From contig DF237004.1 in the NCBI GenBank assembly GCA_000708835.1, forward strand, positions 193,480-257,479: a stretch of 64,000 nt of DNA, in the 5' to 3' direction. The notes under the pieces are model-generated. The model was not told the origin of the DNA, did no database searches, and worked only from the letters and a program-made list of their open reading frames with translations. Origin of the DNA: Klebsormidium nitens. Lineage: Eukaryota; Plantae; Klebsormidiophyceae. The position numbers and the translations under genes are program-made. Positions 1 through 15,200 of the stretch are shown piece by piece. How positions within the stretch are numbered: position 1 is the first letter of the stretch; every line of letters begins with the position of its first letter.

Positions 1-251
1 CCGTCTTGTGGCCCCATAGCTGCTCTGACACTCTTTCGCAGATCCAACTTCTGCTCGTTTTTCTAGGGACTCCTCTTCGCCAGTAACTTCCACCCATCCT
101 TTTTGAGGCCCAACAAACATCCCCACACTTTCAAGCCGCATCGCGTGCAGCAAATCTCCCCACTGCTGGTCTGGTCTTTCTCCTTCCGTCGACTTTGCTT
201 CATCAAATTCTCCAAAGCCTTCTCTTTAAAAACGATTTTCTGCCCCCCCAG

Positions 252-3200
252 ATCCTGGGCAACCTCCCGACGGTGTACCTCCACCTGTCCGTCTGCAAGC
301 TCCAGTCCCTGAGCGCGGTTCTCGACAGCTTGACCCGCCCCGAGGCGCAGCCCACGTCAAACCTTGCGTCGAGCATCCTCAGCGCAACCCCTCCAGGTCA
401 GTTCCACTGCATATGGGCTTTCTTTCACATTCTGTCTTCCTAGCAAGTGTCTTGCTCTGGTCCTGCTTCTCATTGTTTTGCCAGCAAACGCTTGGTGCTC
501 ATCTTTGTCTCTGCTCTTGCTCTGTGACGCCGGCGTGCACTTTGCCCGACCTGTCCCGAGTTTGCGTCTCCAAGCACCACTGCTCATCTCTTTGCTTGTT
601 CGCTCTGCTCTGTCCGAAAGTCCTGACTTGAAGCATCCTAAGGACAGCGAAAATGTGCTGAAGCCACCTCTCTGTGCTGATAATCTTATTCGCCCTTTCT
701 CTCAGGTCCTCCTTCCGGGCTCCCCTCATTCACACCCCCGCCCGCGCAATGGGCTCTCAGCCCCTACGAAACGCCGTCAGCCGTCGAGACGGGGGCCGCT
801 CGGAGGAGCGAGAGACTAAGCTTCGTGGAACCCAAGGGGGGGGTAAAGGAAACGGGGGACGCGGAGGGGCAGGCCCCCCTGGTAGAGTTAAGGTTGTGCG
901 TGGAGGCGGCGGCGGTCGAAGTGAGCCTGGGGGAGGCGCTAGTGCCAACTGTGGTAGGGGGAGGTGGATTCGTGGATGGGAAGGTCGTGCTGCAGCTCAG
1001 CGGGGCCTGCATCGGGTGAGGTTCTTTGGGGTACATGTATCTTGGACAGAAATAATTCTGAATGGTTTGGGAAGACAATGATTGTCAGCAGTTCATCCTG
1101 ACGTCTCTTGGAGACTAGATAGGGGAGCTTTGCTTCGATTAGGTTGCTATTGCACTGTTTCTCGATTGCAAGTTTGCTGAGCTCAGACTCTTCCAGAAAG
1201 TCGAAGCTAATTGGAGGTGTTTGTCAGTTGAGCTCATGACTGAAAGGTGGTTCTTCCGTTTCCTGGAAACGTGCCGACAAGTCCGTCAGCTAGTTCTCGA
1301 CTTCCATTGATCTTTCTTTCAGTAACTTGGTGCGGGAGTCTCTCTTTCAGCTTCGTCAAGAGGGACGTATGCCCCTATGACCTCAAACACGCTGCATCAC
1401 GTAGCTTTTGACACCTGTTCTTCTCTTCTTTCTAGGTTCAAGCAACTGCCGCTCCGGAGCACCCTCGACCTCACGCTGGCTTCCTGTCACATCGAAGACT
1501 TCTCCAAACCCCTGTACAGCGCACAGCGCTTCCTGCTGCAGCCTTCTCCCTCCAAGCAACAATCTCCGCTATCCCCAGACATCCCCAGATCGCAGCAAAC
1601 TCCAGAAATGCGAGAACCCTTCGACTCGGACGCCCCTTTTGGAAGCGACTCCAGCGTCGTTTCCTTTCGTCTTGGTTCCGCTGAGGATCCGGACGGAACT
1701 TCCGTGTCCGAGTTCAGCGTCCGACTTGCGGAGTTTGTCTTCCAATGCAACCGCGCAACGCTCGCCGCAATAACAGCGTTCGCTCAAGCCGTGGGTGCGA
1801 CCGAAGTTCCAGTCACCCCCAATAATGAGCACGCATCTGCCCGCCCCGAGGCTCTCGCGAGCATCGGCGAAGCACCGACTAGTCCAAAAGCCAGCACTTT
1901 TGTAAATAGCAGCTCGCCCTTCATCACTCCGGTAAAACCTGGACTGTTTGATGTCCAGTCGACGGCTTCCGACGTGCCACGTGGCAGGCAGACCGCGGCT
2001 GGCAGCGTGGCAATCGAACGGCTTGAGGTGCATTTCAACGCGGCGGATGAAACGCTGGGGGTAATAATCGCGGAAGGGGCGGAGATACTGGTAGATATCG
2101 AAACACTGGGCACGGACGTCCGATGGCTGACACGTGGCGCGTTTGGACGGCTGTTGTTGGACGCCCCTGTCGAGGGTCGGGGCGTGATGCGCCTCTGGGA
2201 CGCAGTGCCGAATGCGGACAGCTGTCGCAACTGTCTCTCGGTCGGGACTCTGCCGCTGGAAAGCTGCCGAAGCAAAGGAAAGAGCGACGGAACAGTGGGA
2301 ACGGAAGGCGACGGAGCGGAAGCCTCGACGTTTAGGAGTGGCGGAGAAAGTGGACAGGAGGTTGCTGAAGTGGATGGCAGTCGGAAAACAAGGGGTCCCG
2401 CAACGACCGCAAAAGCGAAGAGCGATGAACCTGGAATTTCCGAGAGGTTCGAGGCAGCCGCTGATTCGGAAGTTCCAAAGTTAAGTGCAACCCCGGAGGT
2501 TGAGGAGCTTCTCAGAGGTGAAGCTGACGAAAGTGTGGCGGCGCCGAACGAATTGAGGATCGCTGTAACCGTTCAACAAGTTCATGCGATCCTCTTCGGC
2601 ACGTTCATAACGAGAGCCACCGCATACTTCACGCACGAAGAGTGGGCATCGGGGCACATCTTTGCTGACGACACTCCAACGCTCTCCGGGCTGTCGGAAG
2701 ACGTCATCTTATCGGTACCAGAGGACGAGAGCTCTTCTTCGGAAAAGAGCTTAACCGTCGTGTACCAGTTCTCAATAACGGATTGTATCCTAGACCTGCC
2801 GAGCACGCTAGAGGAGCCCCAAAGTAGAATCTTCCCCCAGGTTGCGCTGCCCCAACTGACGGTCGGCTTTCTTCTCCTGGGGGACACGTGTACGGCTGAG
2901 GATGCGCCGCAGCTGTCAATGTCGCTGAGCGTGGAGGGGCGGGGGCTGTCTCTTACGACTTGGGACGATGGGGTTCCAGGACAGGGGGGGTGGAAAGCGG
3001 GGACTGGTGGGGGGGGGCAGGAGCGAGACGGTGCCAGGGAAAAAGCGCTCGGGGGGCTCATTGATGGGCTGAATGCGAGCCTGGGGATGAAGTGGTTCAC
3101 GGAACGGAGGGATAGAGATTCCCCCCCGATGGAGGTGGCCTTTGACTCGCCAGGCTTGCAGGTTAACCTGACCAGTGAGTTACCTAATCTGTCTTGCGGC

Positions 3201-6200
3201 CCAGTGCTTCGCCACCTGTTCGTTTCGCTGTCTTGGCGGCAGAGAATGCATTTGCACCTGAATAACAGCTGCTTACGTGTCCGCAATGTCGCTTGGATAC
3301 AGTTCCCTTGCTGCTAACTCGAAGGCCATTTGGTTTTGCGTTGTGCTGTCACAGCCTGCTAGAAGAGGTGTCTGACCATTTGTATACTGGGTTTCACCAC
3401 AAAGTTCGCTCTCGTCATCGCCTGCTCACCGTTTTCATGAGCAGCATGGTTTGTCCAATGAAAAGAAGCAACGCAAGCGGTGAAACCACCTATTGCCATG
3501 GAAAACGGAACGTCTGTCCAGATATTATGCAGGAGCCGACGCCACGGTGCAATGATACTCTGTTCTGCGTTTGCGACAGATACTTCCACCTTGTCTCTAC
3601 TGGAAGAATAATTGTTTTCTGAGTGTGCCTTGTTGGGTCACCGACTTTCGCTGACTCTGATTCTCCAAACAATACTCTGTGCGGAATGCGTCCCCTGACG
3701 CCGCTTTACCTTCCCCACCAGAGAACGACGTGGCCATCCTGTCGGCCATTCTCGAGCACAACCTTCTCAAGATGGACTTTACCTCCTCCGCCCCCGACGG
3801 GTCCCCCCGTTCACCGAGCCCCCTAGGAGACTTCCCCTCCCAAATCGAAGAGGCCCTGTTGATGCCGGTCGGGCCGGACCAGATAACTGTCGTTTCTCCA
3901 AAGAGCCTCTCCAGCAAGGCCTCGCTCGGAGACGGAACTCCGGGAAGCAGCCAAGGCCTTTTTCTCGATGCTTCTGTCATTTCCGAGGGACAAGATCGCG
4001 GTCGGGGGATCGACGACACGGCCTCGACCTCGGTGCGAGCGGGGGTCGGTTGCCTGCTCGTTTCTTTCCGGGGGGGCAAAAACGAGCAGGACAAGCGCCC
4101 CCCGGCCGTCGTTGCGCTGAGGGGCCTCGGGCTGGTGGCTGACGTGGGCGAGCGATCCGGCAACGTGCAGCTGACCTGGGGTGACGTCACCCTGGGCAAG
4201 CAGGGCTCGCCGGTAGCTGGGGAACCTGGAAGTGACACGTGGCTCGACGAGGAGGGGGAGCGCCTGCTGCGGCTTCGGGCGTCCGGAGCGGAGGAGGGCG
4301 TCCGCTTTTCGTGGGGAAGGGCAGAAGTCCGTTCTGCTGACGTTAGCGGTAGCTTGATGGAAGAAAGCGTTTCTGCACCCGAGTCGGAACGGTCTTCGAC
4401 GGGTGCAGAAAGTTCCTCGGATGTCCGAATGAGAGTTGGCCTGCCGGAAGCGTCCGTGTGGCTTGCGGTCGAGGATTGGACGGAGTCCGTTGCAGCGATC
4501 TCCGCCTGCTTTGAAATACCAATTGGAGGGAAATCTGATTCAGAGGGGAAGGATGCTGATGTGCCAAGCTCGAAACAGAATCCGACTGACGATCTCAAAG
4601 GGAAGGAAGGAGCTACATCAGGGAGCCGGGTTAAAGTCGACGTTAGCGCGCCGCTGCTAAAATTCATACTGCCGAACGGAAGGAAGGAGTGGGATGGGGC
4701 GGGCTTTGAGGAGCACACCGCCGAGGCGGGGTTTGAGGGGATGAGATTTGACGGTTCAAGAAACGGCGCCTCTGTATACGACAGCGACAGCGAACCTGAC
4801 GAGATCGTGAACCCTCGGACCGCCCATTCCATTCCGCAACGCCTCTTCTCCGGACAATTCGGACCGCAGAACACGTGGCAAGCGGACGGCCCAAAGCGGT
4901 CCGCCCAGACCGTCCACAAGTCTGTCGTCCTGACGCTGGACGTCCGGGCGGGCGCTCAACGGGAGGCTGCCACGTGGCATCTCGACGCTGCCGTCGAGCA
5001 GGCGCTGCTGACCGCCGAGACACGTCAGCAGGGGAAGCCCGTCTCCGCTCTTCCGCTCCTCCGCCTGGCGACGCTGCACGCCAACGCCAAAGCGTTCGTC
5101 GTCGGAATCGACGACGTTAGCAGCCTTTCTGCTGACGTGGACGCTGACGTCAGCCTCGGCGCGGTCGAGTCGTGGTGCTCCTTCCCCATCCTGCGGTTCT
5201 TCCGGGACTTTGGAGTCGAGGGCGGCGGGGCCCCCGCAAACGACGGGCCGCTGGCGGTGCGCGGGCGGCTGACGGGAAGGCTCGGGAGGGCCTCGTTTCT
5301 GCTGAGCGACTGTAGGGTAAGCTCCGAATCCGATGACCTTGTAGTCAAACTTCGCCGCAAGTCTAATGCAAAGGAGATGCCATGAAGTTTGTGAGTCGCA
5401 TATCCTCGCCTGCACTCCGCTAAAGGTGCCTAATTTATGTACCCCCCCTTTGAACCCCTTTGAACCCCTTTGAACTCCCCCTTTGGTATCTTCTATAGCT
5501 GATGCGTCGTCTCGTTGGAGTTGAATACTTTTTTTGCAGATCTTCCTCCTTTCTGCTAGGGAGCCGTTGGCAAATGAAGGCGATTTGTCTGCTATTGAGC
5601 GTTCTTCATGTGTTCTGACGACTTACCGAGGTGCTCAATCCGGTCCAGAACTCCATTGAAACCTCAGCAAGCTTTTTGAGTGCAGTGGTACAACAATGCG
5701 CCCATCGTAGAGCTTCTGCTGTCCGAGCTCCGCCTCACCGCTGGAACGGACGTCCGGAACAGCTCGCTGTCCGTGACTGCGGACATAGTGGCCAACTATC
5801 ACAACATCGAAAAGGTAAGCGGATCACGCTCGGATAAAGACCAGGAACTCATGAGGCCCGTTGGCGGTTGGCAGTTGACGTATTGTTGAGAGTCATCCTA
5901 GTACAGTTGCCTTCTCGAGGTCTCACTTTGATGAAGTGGACGTGACAAAAGCTTTCCCGAAGCGATGCTCATTGAGGAGCTTTTAACGAGAGGCGCTTTC
6001 TATCAGATCTACTCTGTCCCATTTAGGAACGTCAGCTCGAGACTTCTTGTTCCAGGCACAAATAGAGGCACTCGGATTTCGGTTTGTCTCCTTCTCTTGG
6101 CGAGCACCCTAGCTTGAGATCTTGAAACCTCAAGCTTTGTGAACTGGATGTTATCTGTTTCATATTGACAATGATGCGTTGTACTTGTTTGAAACGGTTC

Positions 6201-9200
6201 GTCACATCTCGTCGGGTGCAGGTTGCATGGGAGCCTCTTGTGGAGCCGTACTCGTTCATTCTCGAAGTCGATCGAAGCGCCAACGAAGCAACGAGCGGGA
6301 AGGTTGAGTCGCAGACTCAGGTCCATCTGGTTTCAAGGAGCATGTTGAACGTCAATATCACAGAAGGCCTGGTTAAGGTGAGCCGTCAGGCTTCGAAAAA
6401 AGCGGGACTCCACGTGGAAGCAGATCCTATCCCTGTGTGTTATCTTTCTTCACTGTTCTTCTCAATCTGAGGGTCGGGACTCGTTTTAGGTCCTACTTAA
6501 CGGTCAGGTTTGTTTGTGCCTCCAAAGAGAGACCTCGAATCAAGCAAAGCGGTTCTGTCGAGCGATGCAGAAATAGATGTAATGGGTTTGGTCTCGTTTC
6601 AATATGCATTGCTTGCGAAGCTACTCAACTGGACAGCATCATAAGAGTTGCGTATCCTGTTCTGAGCTTCTTCTCCTGGATCTATGTCACACGCCCTCCC
6701 CGAGAAAGATCGACAAATTTTCAACCATACGCACAAAAGCTTAAGGTCATTTACAGCCTGCCGGCCAGATGTTTGCCGTAAACAAGACTGCAACAGCAAG
6801 CCTGCTCTCGTCTTGCAGGCGGCGATGCGTGCCAGCGAGGTCGTTCGGGAGGGCCTCGAGTACAGCTATGACGACGAGGGAAGCCACGCTGGAAGCTTCG
6901 ACGAGGGCCCCACGGGCGCCACCCACAAGCGCCGCTACGCCCCCTACTGGCTCAAAAACGACACGGGCGTCACCCTGCGCTACTGGCTCAGCAGCTCGCG
7001 AACCTTTACCGGGACCGTTACCACCTCGGCAACGGTTCCTCCGGGCAAGTCCGCGCCGATATACGTGGAGGAGGACCCGGGCGAGGGGCGGGGGTTGGGT
7101 TTGGGGCTTAACCCGTTTGGGCACGTGCAGCACCGAATGATTCAGGTTCAGCTGGAGGGCTCGGGGGTTCGGTCTGACCCGATGTCGATTGACCGTGTGG
7201 GAGGCCACGTGTTCCCAGTTGTATTCACGTCATCGCACGGGATGCGGGAAGACCGGCTCGCTCGACAGTCGAGCGCCTTCCCTGTAATCTCTCGAGCCAG
7301 TAGGGTCGGGACTCCGCTCGGGAGGCAATTAAGCGAGTTCCCCATGACGTCATCGAGCTCGAGCGATGACGTCAGAGTAGGCGGGCGGGTTATCTCGGGC
7401 TTGTCGCTGGAGCGGACGGCTTCGGGGGTGCCACCGAAAAGCAGCGGACACTTCCGGACGCATGTCGTGTGCGACGTGCAGCTGCGGCGCTACAGCAAGA
7501 TGGTTGTCTTCAAATCCCTGGTGAGCCACTGAATTTCCGAGCTGACCAGTTTCAGGTCTTTACTTCGAAAGGATGCAGCATTTGGTGTCTGCTATCCAAT
7601 GTCAAGATGCTAGAAGCATCCGAGAGGCAGGCATGCTGCTGGAAGCACCAGACTTACAACCGGCAAGTCGCAATTTTTTGAGGATGTGCAAATGGCCGGC
7701 AGGGCTTAGGCGTCGCACTGAGTGATTTATGAGGGGTTGGAAAACCAGGTTGGGCTTGGCAGCTAGGTTGCAAAGGAATTACCCACTAGTCCTCGCTCCG
7801 ATCGCCGGTCTACTTATTGGACCCGTTGTGGTGAACCGAGGTCTTCTGTTTCGCAGGTCGCCCTCACGAACAAGACATCCGTGCCCCTCGACCTCTGCTT
7901 CGAGATGCCCTTCGCGCTCGAGGGCAAGGTACTCGGCCCCATTCCTCCAGGGCAACCGTTCCCCTTCCCTATTCACCAGGTAAGCATCTCTTCACTCAAA
8001 TCAATTATCATCCACAGCTTCTGCCTTGCGTATCAGGGAAGGTACTTGCACCTTCGGAATGAAAGAGGGGGCACTCAGTCAATGATTCAAACGAACCTCT
8101 TAACAGGTCATGGCTACCACGGCTTTTGATGCTTGCGACCATTATCGTTGGCCCTTGCAGCACTCTCGGTCACGCTCCAGCCAAAAAATTTCATCTGGAA
8201 GCGAATGTCGTCTGGACACGAAGGTTTCCAAGTCGGAAAACCGAGGGCTCGGTCGATGCTGATCGACCTCTCTTTCTGCGCAGGCGGGCGGCTCTGGCCG
8301 CGTCCGCTGGCGTCCCTCGGGCGACACCCACTTCTGGAGCGAAGCCCAGGCCCTGTCCAACCTTTTCAAGACCCCGGAGTCCGGCTCCAGAGGCGCCGAC
8401 ACCCACGTTACGAGGCCTCACCGGAGCATCGTGTGCGCCCCAAACCGCCCACAAGGCAAACCGTTCCGCTTTTGCATGGACGTCGCCAGCTCCGAACTGC
8501 CCACAACCAGCGGTTTAGAAACGGTCTCTTCGACCGGGCGGAAGAAGGGCCGGCGAGGACTGGGTTCTCAAGGTGGGGAAGACGGGCCGTGGAGGACGTG
8601 GGAAGTGAAGCTGCTGCCGCCGGTGGTTATTGAAAACTGGCTGCCGTGCGCGGTGGCGGTCTCCGTGGAAGCCGGCGGAGTGACACTGGCCGACAACACT
8701 AGAATCGCCAAGGTACGGCTAGCACCGAAAGAGGATCATGATTTCCAGAGAAGTCTGTTGTCGACGTTTGCTGAGTCTCAGATTTTGTGATCCGGTGTAA
8801 AGTCTGGTTGCTGCTTGGATGAGGAATGAAGCCTGCTTCACTTGATGACCGGGCTCCTGCGCATCCCTCTTCGTCACCATTCCCAAACGGAGTCCTTTAC
8901 AAAATCTCTTTTGAGCCAGTCCGTGACTGAACCCCAAAGTATTTTCGGACATCAGGTTCTCATCGAGAAACATTCTTGGGCGATTTTGACTATCTGGAAA
9001 TTCAACTCTTTTCATTCAAGACTCCATTGGCTGTCCGATGCAGGGCCAGTCTGCGCACATCTTCGAGGCGGACAGCCATCAGGAGCTACGGCTCACCTTC
9101 AAGCCCGCCGGATTCGGCGCCACGAGCGTCGTCACGCTTCCACGTGTCGTCCCAAACTCGCACGAAACGGACGGCCTCGAGGGCCTCTCGTCGATGGAGG

Positions 9201-12200
9201 TCCTGGAGCTGACGGCGGAGCACTCAGGTGAGGGTTGAGCTGATACTTCTATCCACATAATTTTACATCTGACATTGACAAGGATTGAGATGGGAAGCAT
9301 GAGTTGTTAGAGCGGACTAAATCTAAGCTCTCCATTAATGCGCCAATGAATTTTGCGCGTTTGGCTGATGAGTCGTCTAGATTTCCGTAGTCAGGCCCAA
9401 ATCTGCCATCCAGCGGGATGCGCTGGAATATAAGCTCTGGTTAAGGATAGCTGCTCTGTCTGACATCAAGCGCGCAGAGAACGTTCTTTGCTCCTAACGT
9501 TGCTTTCGATGGGACTATTGATGGCGAGAGAAATGCACCAACAACGAATATTGCCCCATCTACAGGCGCCAAGGTCACTGTTGAGCTCGAAACGACCGTA
9601 AGCCTCCTCTCGGGAACCCGTAACCTCTTCCTCTCCTGCGGCTACTGGCTCTTCAACTGCACCGACTTGCAACTCGTCTTCCAAGACGCGTCCGCATCCC
9701 GTTCGGACGTTTCCCGCGAGCAACCCCTCCCCCCGCCCCCCCGACGCTCCCCCTTGGGGAGCCAGTTCCGAAACCCCCCCGGTTTAGAGGGCGCGATCAA
9801 AACCCCCACGGAGGCCGACGAGCCCTTCGAGCGCAAGCGCTCGTGGCCTGACGCGGCGGGGCTCGAAGCCGCGCTCACCACGATCCCGGAAAGCGAAACC
9901 GTCCGAATTGGACACGGGTCCGACACGCCAAGTGTCCGCAGCAGTGTGAATGCGTCCGGGCTGGAGCCGGGCACCCCGTCGCTATCGAGAGAAAGCTCGT
10001 TCGCGCTCTCGTCGGTGTTTGGAGCGTCAAGCCCCGGGAAAAAGGTGATTCGACAAGGGGCGAACGCGTCGGCGAGCATCTTGCCCCCCGGTAGCCGCCA
10101 GCAAAGCCCCGGTTCTCAGTTGCACACACCAAAGGCCCGGTCGCGGCTCGGGAAACAAGACTCGTTCACTCCGACGGGCATGCGGGAAGGGTCCGAGTAC
10201 AGTTTCGGGGGGGTGGACACACCCGCCAGCAGCAGGCCGGGCAGCCCCTTCTCATACGCCAACTTCGCCAGCACCTCCCGGTTTGGCGGCAACGGTTCGT
10301 TGTACGGTAACGGTTCGATTTACGGCACACGTTCCCTGCAAGGCGCCCGGAGCTTGTCCGGGTTTGCGCCTGGTGCGGACCTCCAAGCCGTCATGTACGG
10401 ACGTCCGCCGAGGGGGGATGCGGACGAGCCCCAGCTCAAGATACGGGTCATGAAGCCGGCCAAGCGGGGCTCTGGCACTGGACACGTGGCGGCGTCGGAA
10501 TGGTCGAAGCCGTTTGGGCTCGATCCGGCCGGGGGGGTCAGCGTGGTGTACATTCCAAGGTGGAAAAAGGGGGGGCTTTACGTGATGGCCGTGTCGAGCA
10601 TTCCGGCGATGGGGGCCTGCGTCAGCAGGACGAAAACTGTCACGGTCCGGCCTCGGTGAGTATTTGCTGGTCCAAACGGTCTCAATATCGTGAGTCATTA
10701 CGTCCAAACGGATTCAACATTGTAAATCATCGCGTTCCATATTGTAACCTTTGCTCAGTATGCGTGGAGTGAAATAGTGCAAAGTAGGTAGTTGAAGCAC
10801 GGATTCAAGTTGACTTGACAATCCGACTAGGACAAATCCGGCTTGCTCCTTACAGGTGGATTGCGAACCCTTTGTCCCACAAACTCATACATCGGAGGCA
10901 ACTCAGTTGCTAGATATAGCGGCCTATCCGATGCGCTGGATATTCCGAATCTTGCGAGCTTCCTTTGATGTCATTGCTCCTATCAACCGGGAGGAAGACG
11001 TAAAAACAAGAGGGAAAGCTTTACCGACTCTAGCCGACTCGAATTCTTCCGTTCCTCTTGTCCCAGGTACGTTCTTGTAAATGCCCTGCACCGTGACCTG
11101 GTGTACAAGCAGCAGGGCACGGAGTCATACCAGCATCTGGCAGCCGGCCAACACCGCCCCTTTCACTGGACCGACGTCAAAAGGTGGGCGCCCGGCTCTC
11201 GCGGTTCGTCTCTCTTAAGCGTTGCCTCTTCCGGTCATCCGTATCATGTCTGCTGATCACGCTCCGTCTTGACCTTTTTGAGCCTTCCTATTTTCTGTTG
11301 AATTTTGACGGAGCTGCAAGTATTCACTTCTCGCCGGACTAGCCTCCGACAGAAAGTTTTGCTACGGGCCAATGCTACTTGCCGTCAAAGGGTTTCTTTG
11401 CGTCTTCGCCTTTTTGCTTGACCTTAACAAGTCCGCGCTTCTTTGGCTCACTCATCTGATCTGCCAATCAAAGCTTTCCAATCAAATTTTTGAGCAGCCT
11501 CATTCGTATACAGGCCGCTGAGTTGCTCCTCAGGGTTTCTTTTCGATCTTCATCCCGCTCCATGCCTGCCCTCTGTAGGAACTTTCGGGTGTGCCTCCGC
11601 TTTGACGAAAACGGGTGGGACTGGTCGGGGGGCTTTGCTCCTGACCAGCTAGGTGACATCTTGCTCAAGATGCGTCAGCAAAGCAACCGGGCAATCACCA
11701 TGGTTCGAGTTGACGTCAGCTGTCCCGACCCCCCGGAAGGGGACGGTCCGGGAAAGATGGCTGGAGGTGGCAGCCGGGGAGTGGGTACGTGCGTAGTGGT
11801 CATCTCGGAGGACCGGGGGGGTTTCGTGCCGTACAGGATTGAGAACTTTTCGACGGAGGTGAGGCTTACGATCGAGTGTTCTTTCTTGTTGACCTTGGGT
11901 TTGCGTCCGAGACTTGGGGAACACATGGACAGCAAATTTGGCCATTTGGTTATTACAGAGAAGCAACGGCTGCTGAAATCTGCTTTTTCTGATTTTCGTT
12001 TTTGCCTGCAAAGAAAAGGGCACCAGCTTTGAGAGGGGAATCGAAGCTGCCTTCACACCTTTTGCTTCGCGTCCTTTACGGCTACCCAAAACCCCCTGAT
12101 TCATCAGTCATGAACCTGCGCTCAGGAAGGTCGTTCCCAGGAATTAGCCACTTCCAGATGTCCCTGCGGAAAGCGCAATTGTGAAAGAGTTTGCAGCTTT

Positions 12201-15200
12201 CAGAGACGGATCTGAACTCCAGGATTCCGTCGAACTCTGACATACGTTTCTTTTTTCCCTTGACAGACGGTCCGCTTCCACCAAGAGCGCTGCGAGGAAG
12301 CGGACGACCTGCTCCGTCCGTACAGCTCGTGTTTGTACGCCTGGGACGAGCCCTGCCGCCCGCACCGCCTCGTCATGACGGTGCCCGGCGCGAGCAAACT
12401 GGGCACCTTCAGTCTGGACACCGTGTGGGAGTACCCCCGGTTACACCTCTCGGCGACCACACAGCGGCCTGAGCGGACGCTGCAGGTGGGTTGCGGGATC
12501 GGACGCCTTACCCAGAGAGTCCCACAAGTCTTGTGCAAGGGTAATAATGCAATAAGTGTACAAACGGAGCGGTGGGGATATGTCACCGGGTCCAATTTGA
12601 GTTTTTAACCCGCTCTCCATCCGAGAAGGTATTTTGATGCTGATGACAAGTGGGTTGACTCATTTGGGGGGTGTTGAGTTTATGAAAAGCTTCAGCGGAG
12701 AGCTCAGTAGGTCGCGTACTTTACCATTTGAATCTATGTTCCTGGTTTGCTGCATGTTAGATGATGATAGGGGTACGAGAACAATTATCACTCGATATGC
12801 ACTTCGTATAGGTTTGTAGATGTTCGTCTTGCTCTTGCGCAGGTCGCGGTTCGTGCTGACGGCCCCACGCGTGTCATCAGCGTATCTGACGTCAGCATGC
12901 ACTCCTGGGAGGAGCCGGAGGGCAGCGGCGCCGGCTCTTCTTGGGCGGGCAAGGGGGAGCGGCCGGGGGAAGCCGCCGGGCCATCAGACATGACCTTGGA
13001 AGTGACTGTGAAGGTGGCCGGGGTGGGGGTGTCGGTGATTGATAGTCGGCCGCAGGTGGGTTGGATTCCTGGGGGATCTTGATAAAGGGACTCTTGAAAG
13101 CAAGGGAGATGCTCAGAATACGTATCGCCGTAATCGGGGGTCAGGTGCGCTTTCAGGCGTTCTGGTAGATTTTTGCTGCCCTTTATGGCGCTTCCTGATG
13201 CAAGGGAGTTGAGCCGCCCAGATAATCTGGCAACAACACTTGAAGACGGGTCATAGTAAATTGCAGTGTGCAACCTGATCAATTAAGGTTGCTGACGTTG
13301 TTCGAAGGGAAGTCGAGATTCATGTTATGCAGGTTGTCATACAAATGTCCTCTGGCTCTTTTTCATGTCAATCGGCTCTTTGCCTCTGCAAATATGGACA
13401 GTATCTCTGCGGCACAGAATGTAGAAGACTCTTTTGAATCCCCCGGACCTTGTGTTACATTCCTTCAAAAAAGTAGATGTAAGCAACAAAGGTCAATTGT
13501 TCGCTTACAGGAGCTACTGTACGGGTGCACACGCGGCGTCAGCATCCGCTTCGTCCGCGGTACGCACGAGCAAATGGCCGAGTTCCACGTGGCAAGCCTC
13601 CAGCTTGACAACCAATTGCGGCACGCCACGTACCCCGTCCTCCTGTCTACTTCCGAACCAGAGACGTCAGCCCCAGCGGGGGCGACACAAAGCTCTGAGT
13701 TACAGGAACGGGTCGCCGCTCTTTCTGGGCGGGTGATGCACTGGCGGCGACAGACGGGGTCGGTAGACTGCTTCCGACTAGTGTCACTAAGGTGCGTCTT
13801 TCGAATGATTTGATCAACCTGACAATTGAATTAGGTATGCTGATATTGGCTCCTCAGTGTTCGACCGTCCATCAGGTGTCTGCTTACCCAGAGAGTAACT
13901 CGGCTTGAAGTGGCTGATGCCCTCACTTTTAAGGCTCAGCGGAAAGCACCGACGAGAAGTTTGGATCCCAGCAAAGGACTATCCTCAAGCAAGAAGCCAA
14001 AACTTTGCCCACAGTCGAAAAAGGTGCAAAACTGACAAAGAGCTTACTGGCACTGGTCTTGAAGACCAGAACTCCAGAAACGCATCACGAGCACGAGCTA
14101 TATGCGCTCTCTTGAAAGCAACTCAGAAACTCGACCCCAAGACCCTGGGTTTGTCAAAACCACGTCATTCGTAACCTTCCTTTCAGGGTGGCGCCTCTGC
14201 GGCTGGAGATCGAGGAGCGCCTCGTCGCCCGCATCGTGGAGTTCGCGAGCGCCCTCCAGGCCGACTCCCTAAACCCCAAACCCTCCGCGCTCGCGCATCC
14301 TCTGGACGAGTCCGACAGCGGCTCCTTTGCGGACCTCGCGGCCGCGTTTACACCAAATGCCACGCCCATTCACACCAGCGGGCCCGGCAGCGTTGCTAGC
14401 GGGGCGTCTACGGGGCACTCAGAGGGCGTCCTTACTGGCGCAGCAGGTGAGCGCTTTGAGTTGGTGTTAAAGGCCCCTGAGGAGTTCCTCGAACCAGGTG
14501 TGTCCGTTGTGTGTCGTATCGATGAGTGGGGAAATCCTTCCTCAAGTCTTGAGAGCCACAAGACCGGGAGCTCAAGAGAAATGTCTGTAAGTGCTCGCTG
14601 GTGTTGTCTATTAAGCAACCTAAGGATCTCAACTTTTCAGTAGAACCAGGTTGAGGAGCAAGAATCCACAGGAAGTGAGGCGGCAGCTATTAGCGAGCCT
14701 CTCAGCCAGACCTTTTAAGGGCTATAAACCTCTTGGAGGAACAAGAGGGGGATCCTGTACGAGAATTGGCGAGAGTAGTGGGAATCACCTGTCAATCGCC
14801 TTCCGGATGTACTCCCTTACACACAGGTGGGCTGTCGAGCGTGGTGTTGACGGGGCACTCCGAGGGCAGCGGGTGCGGCCCGCAGGCGGCGGCGGTGGCT
14901 TTCGTGGGCGGCCCCAACTGGGATGTCTGGACGCTGGTCAAGGACCGGAGGAAGATATACATTGAAACGCTCCACATCCACGCCGTCGACTTGACCATCA
15001 GGTAAGCTCCGGTCGGTGTGAAAAGGCTTTGTCAGGGTGGACTTGCTTCGTTCCTGGTGCGTGCAGCAGCTTCTCCAAATTGCGAAAGACATCACGTTGC
15101 CGAAGGGATTGTGCTGCTCTGTCCTATCTAGACTACCCCGACTCTTCGTTGTATCACTGGCGGAAGTTGTGACTGGATGCCACCTCTCTGTGGAGATCAA

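Noticed and set aside
3597-4919. 440-aa minus-strand ORF
   Set aside because: Antisense shadow of GC-rich VPS13 exon 3722-5316; no motifs.
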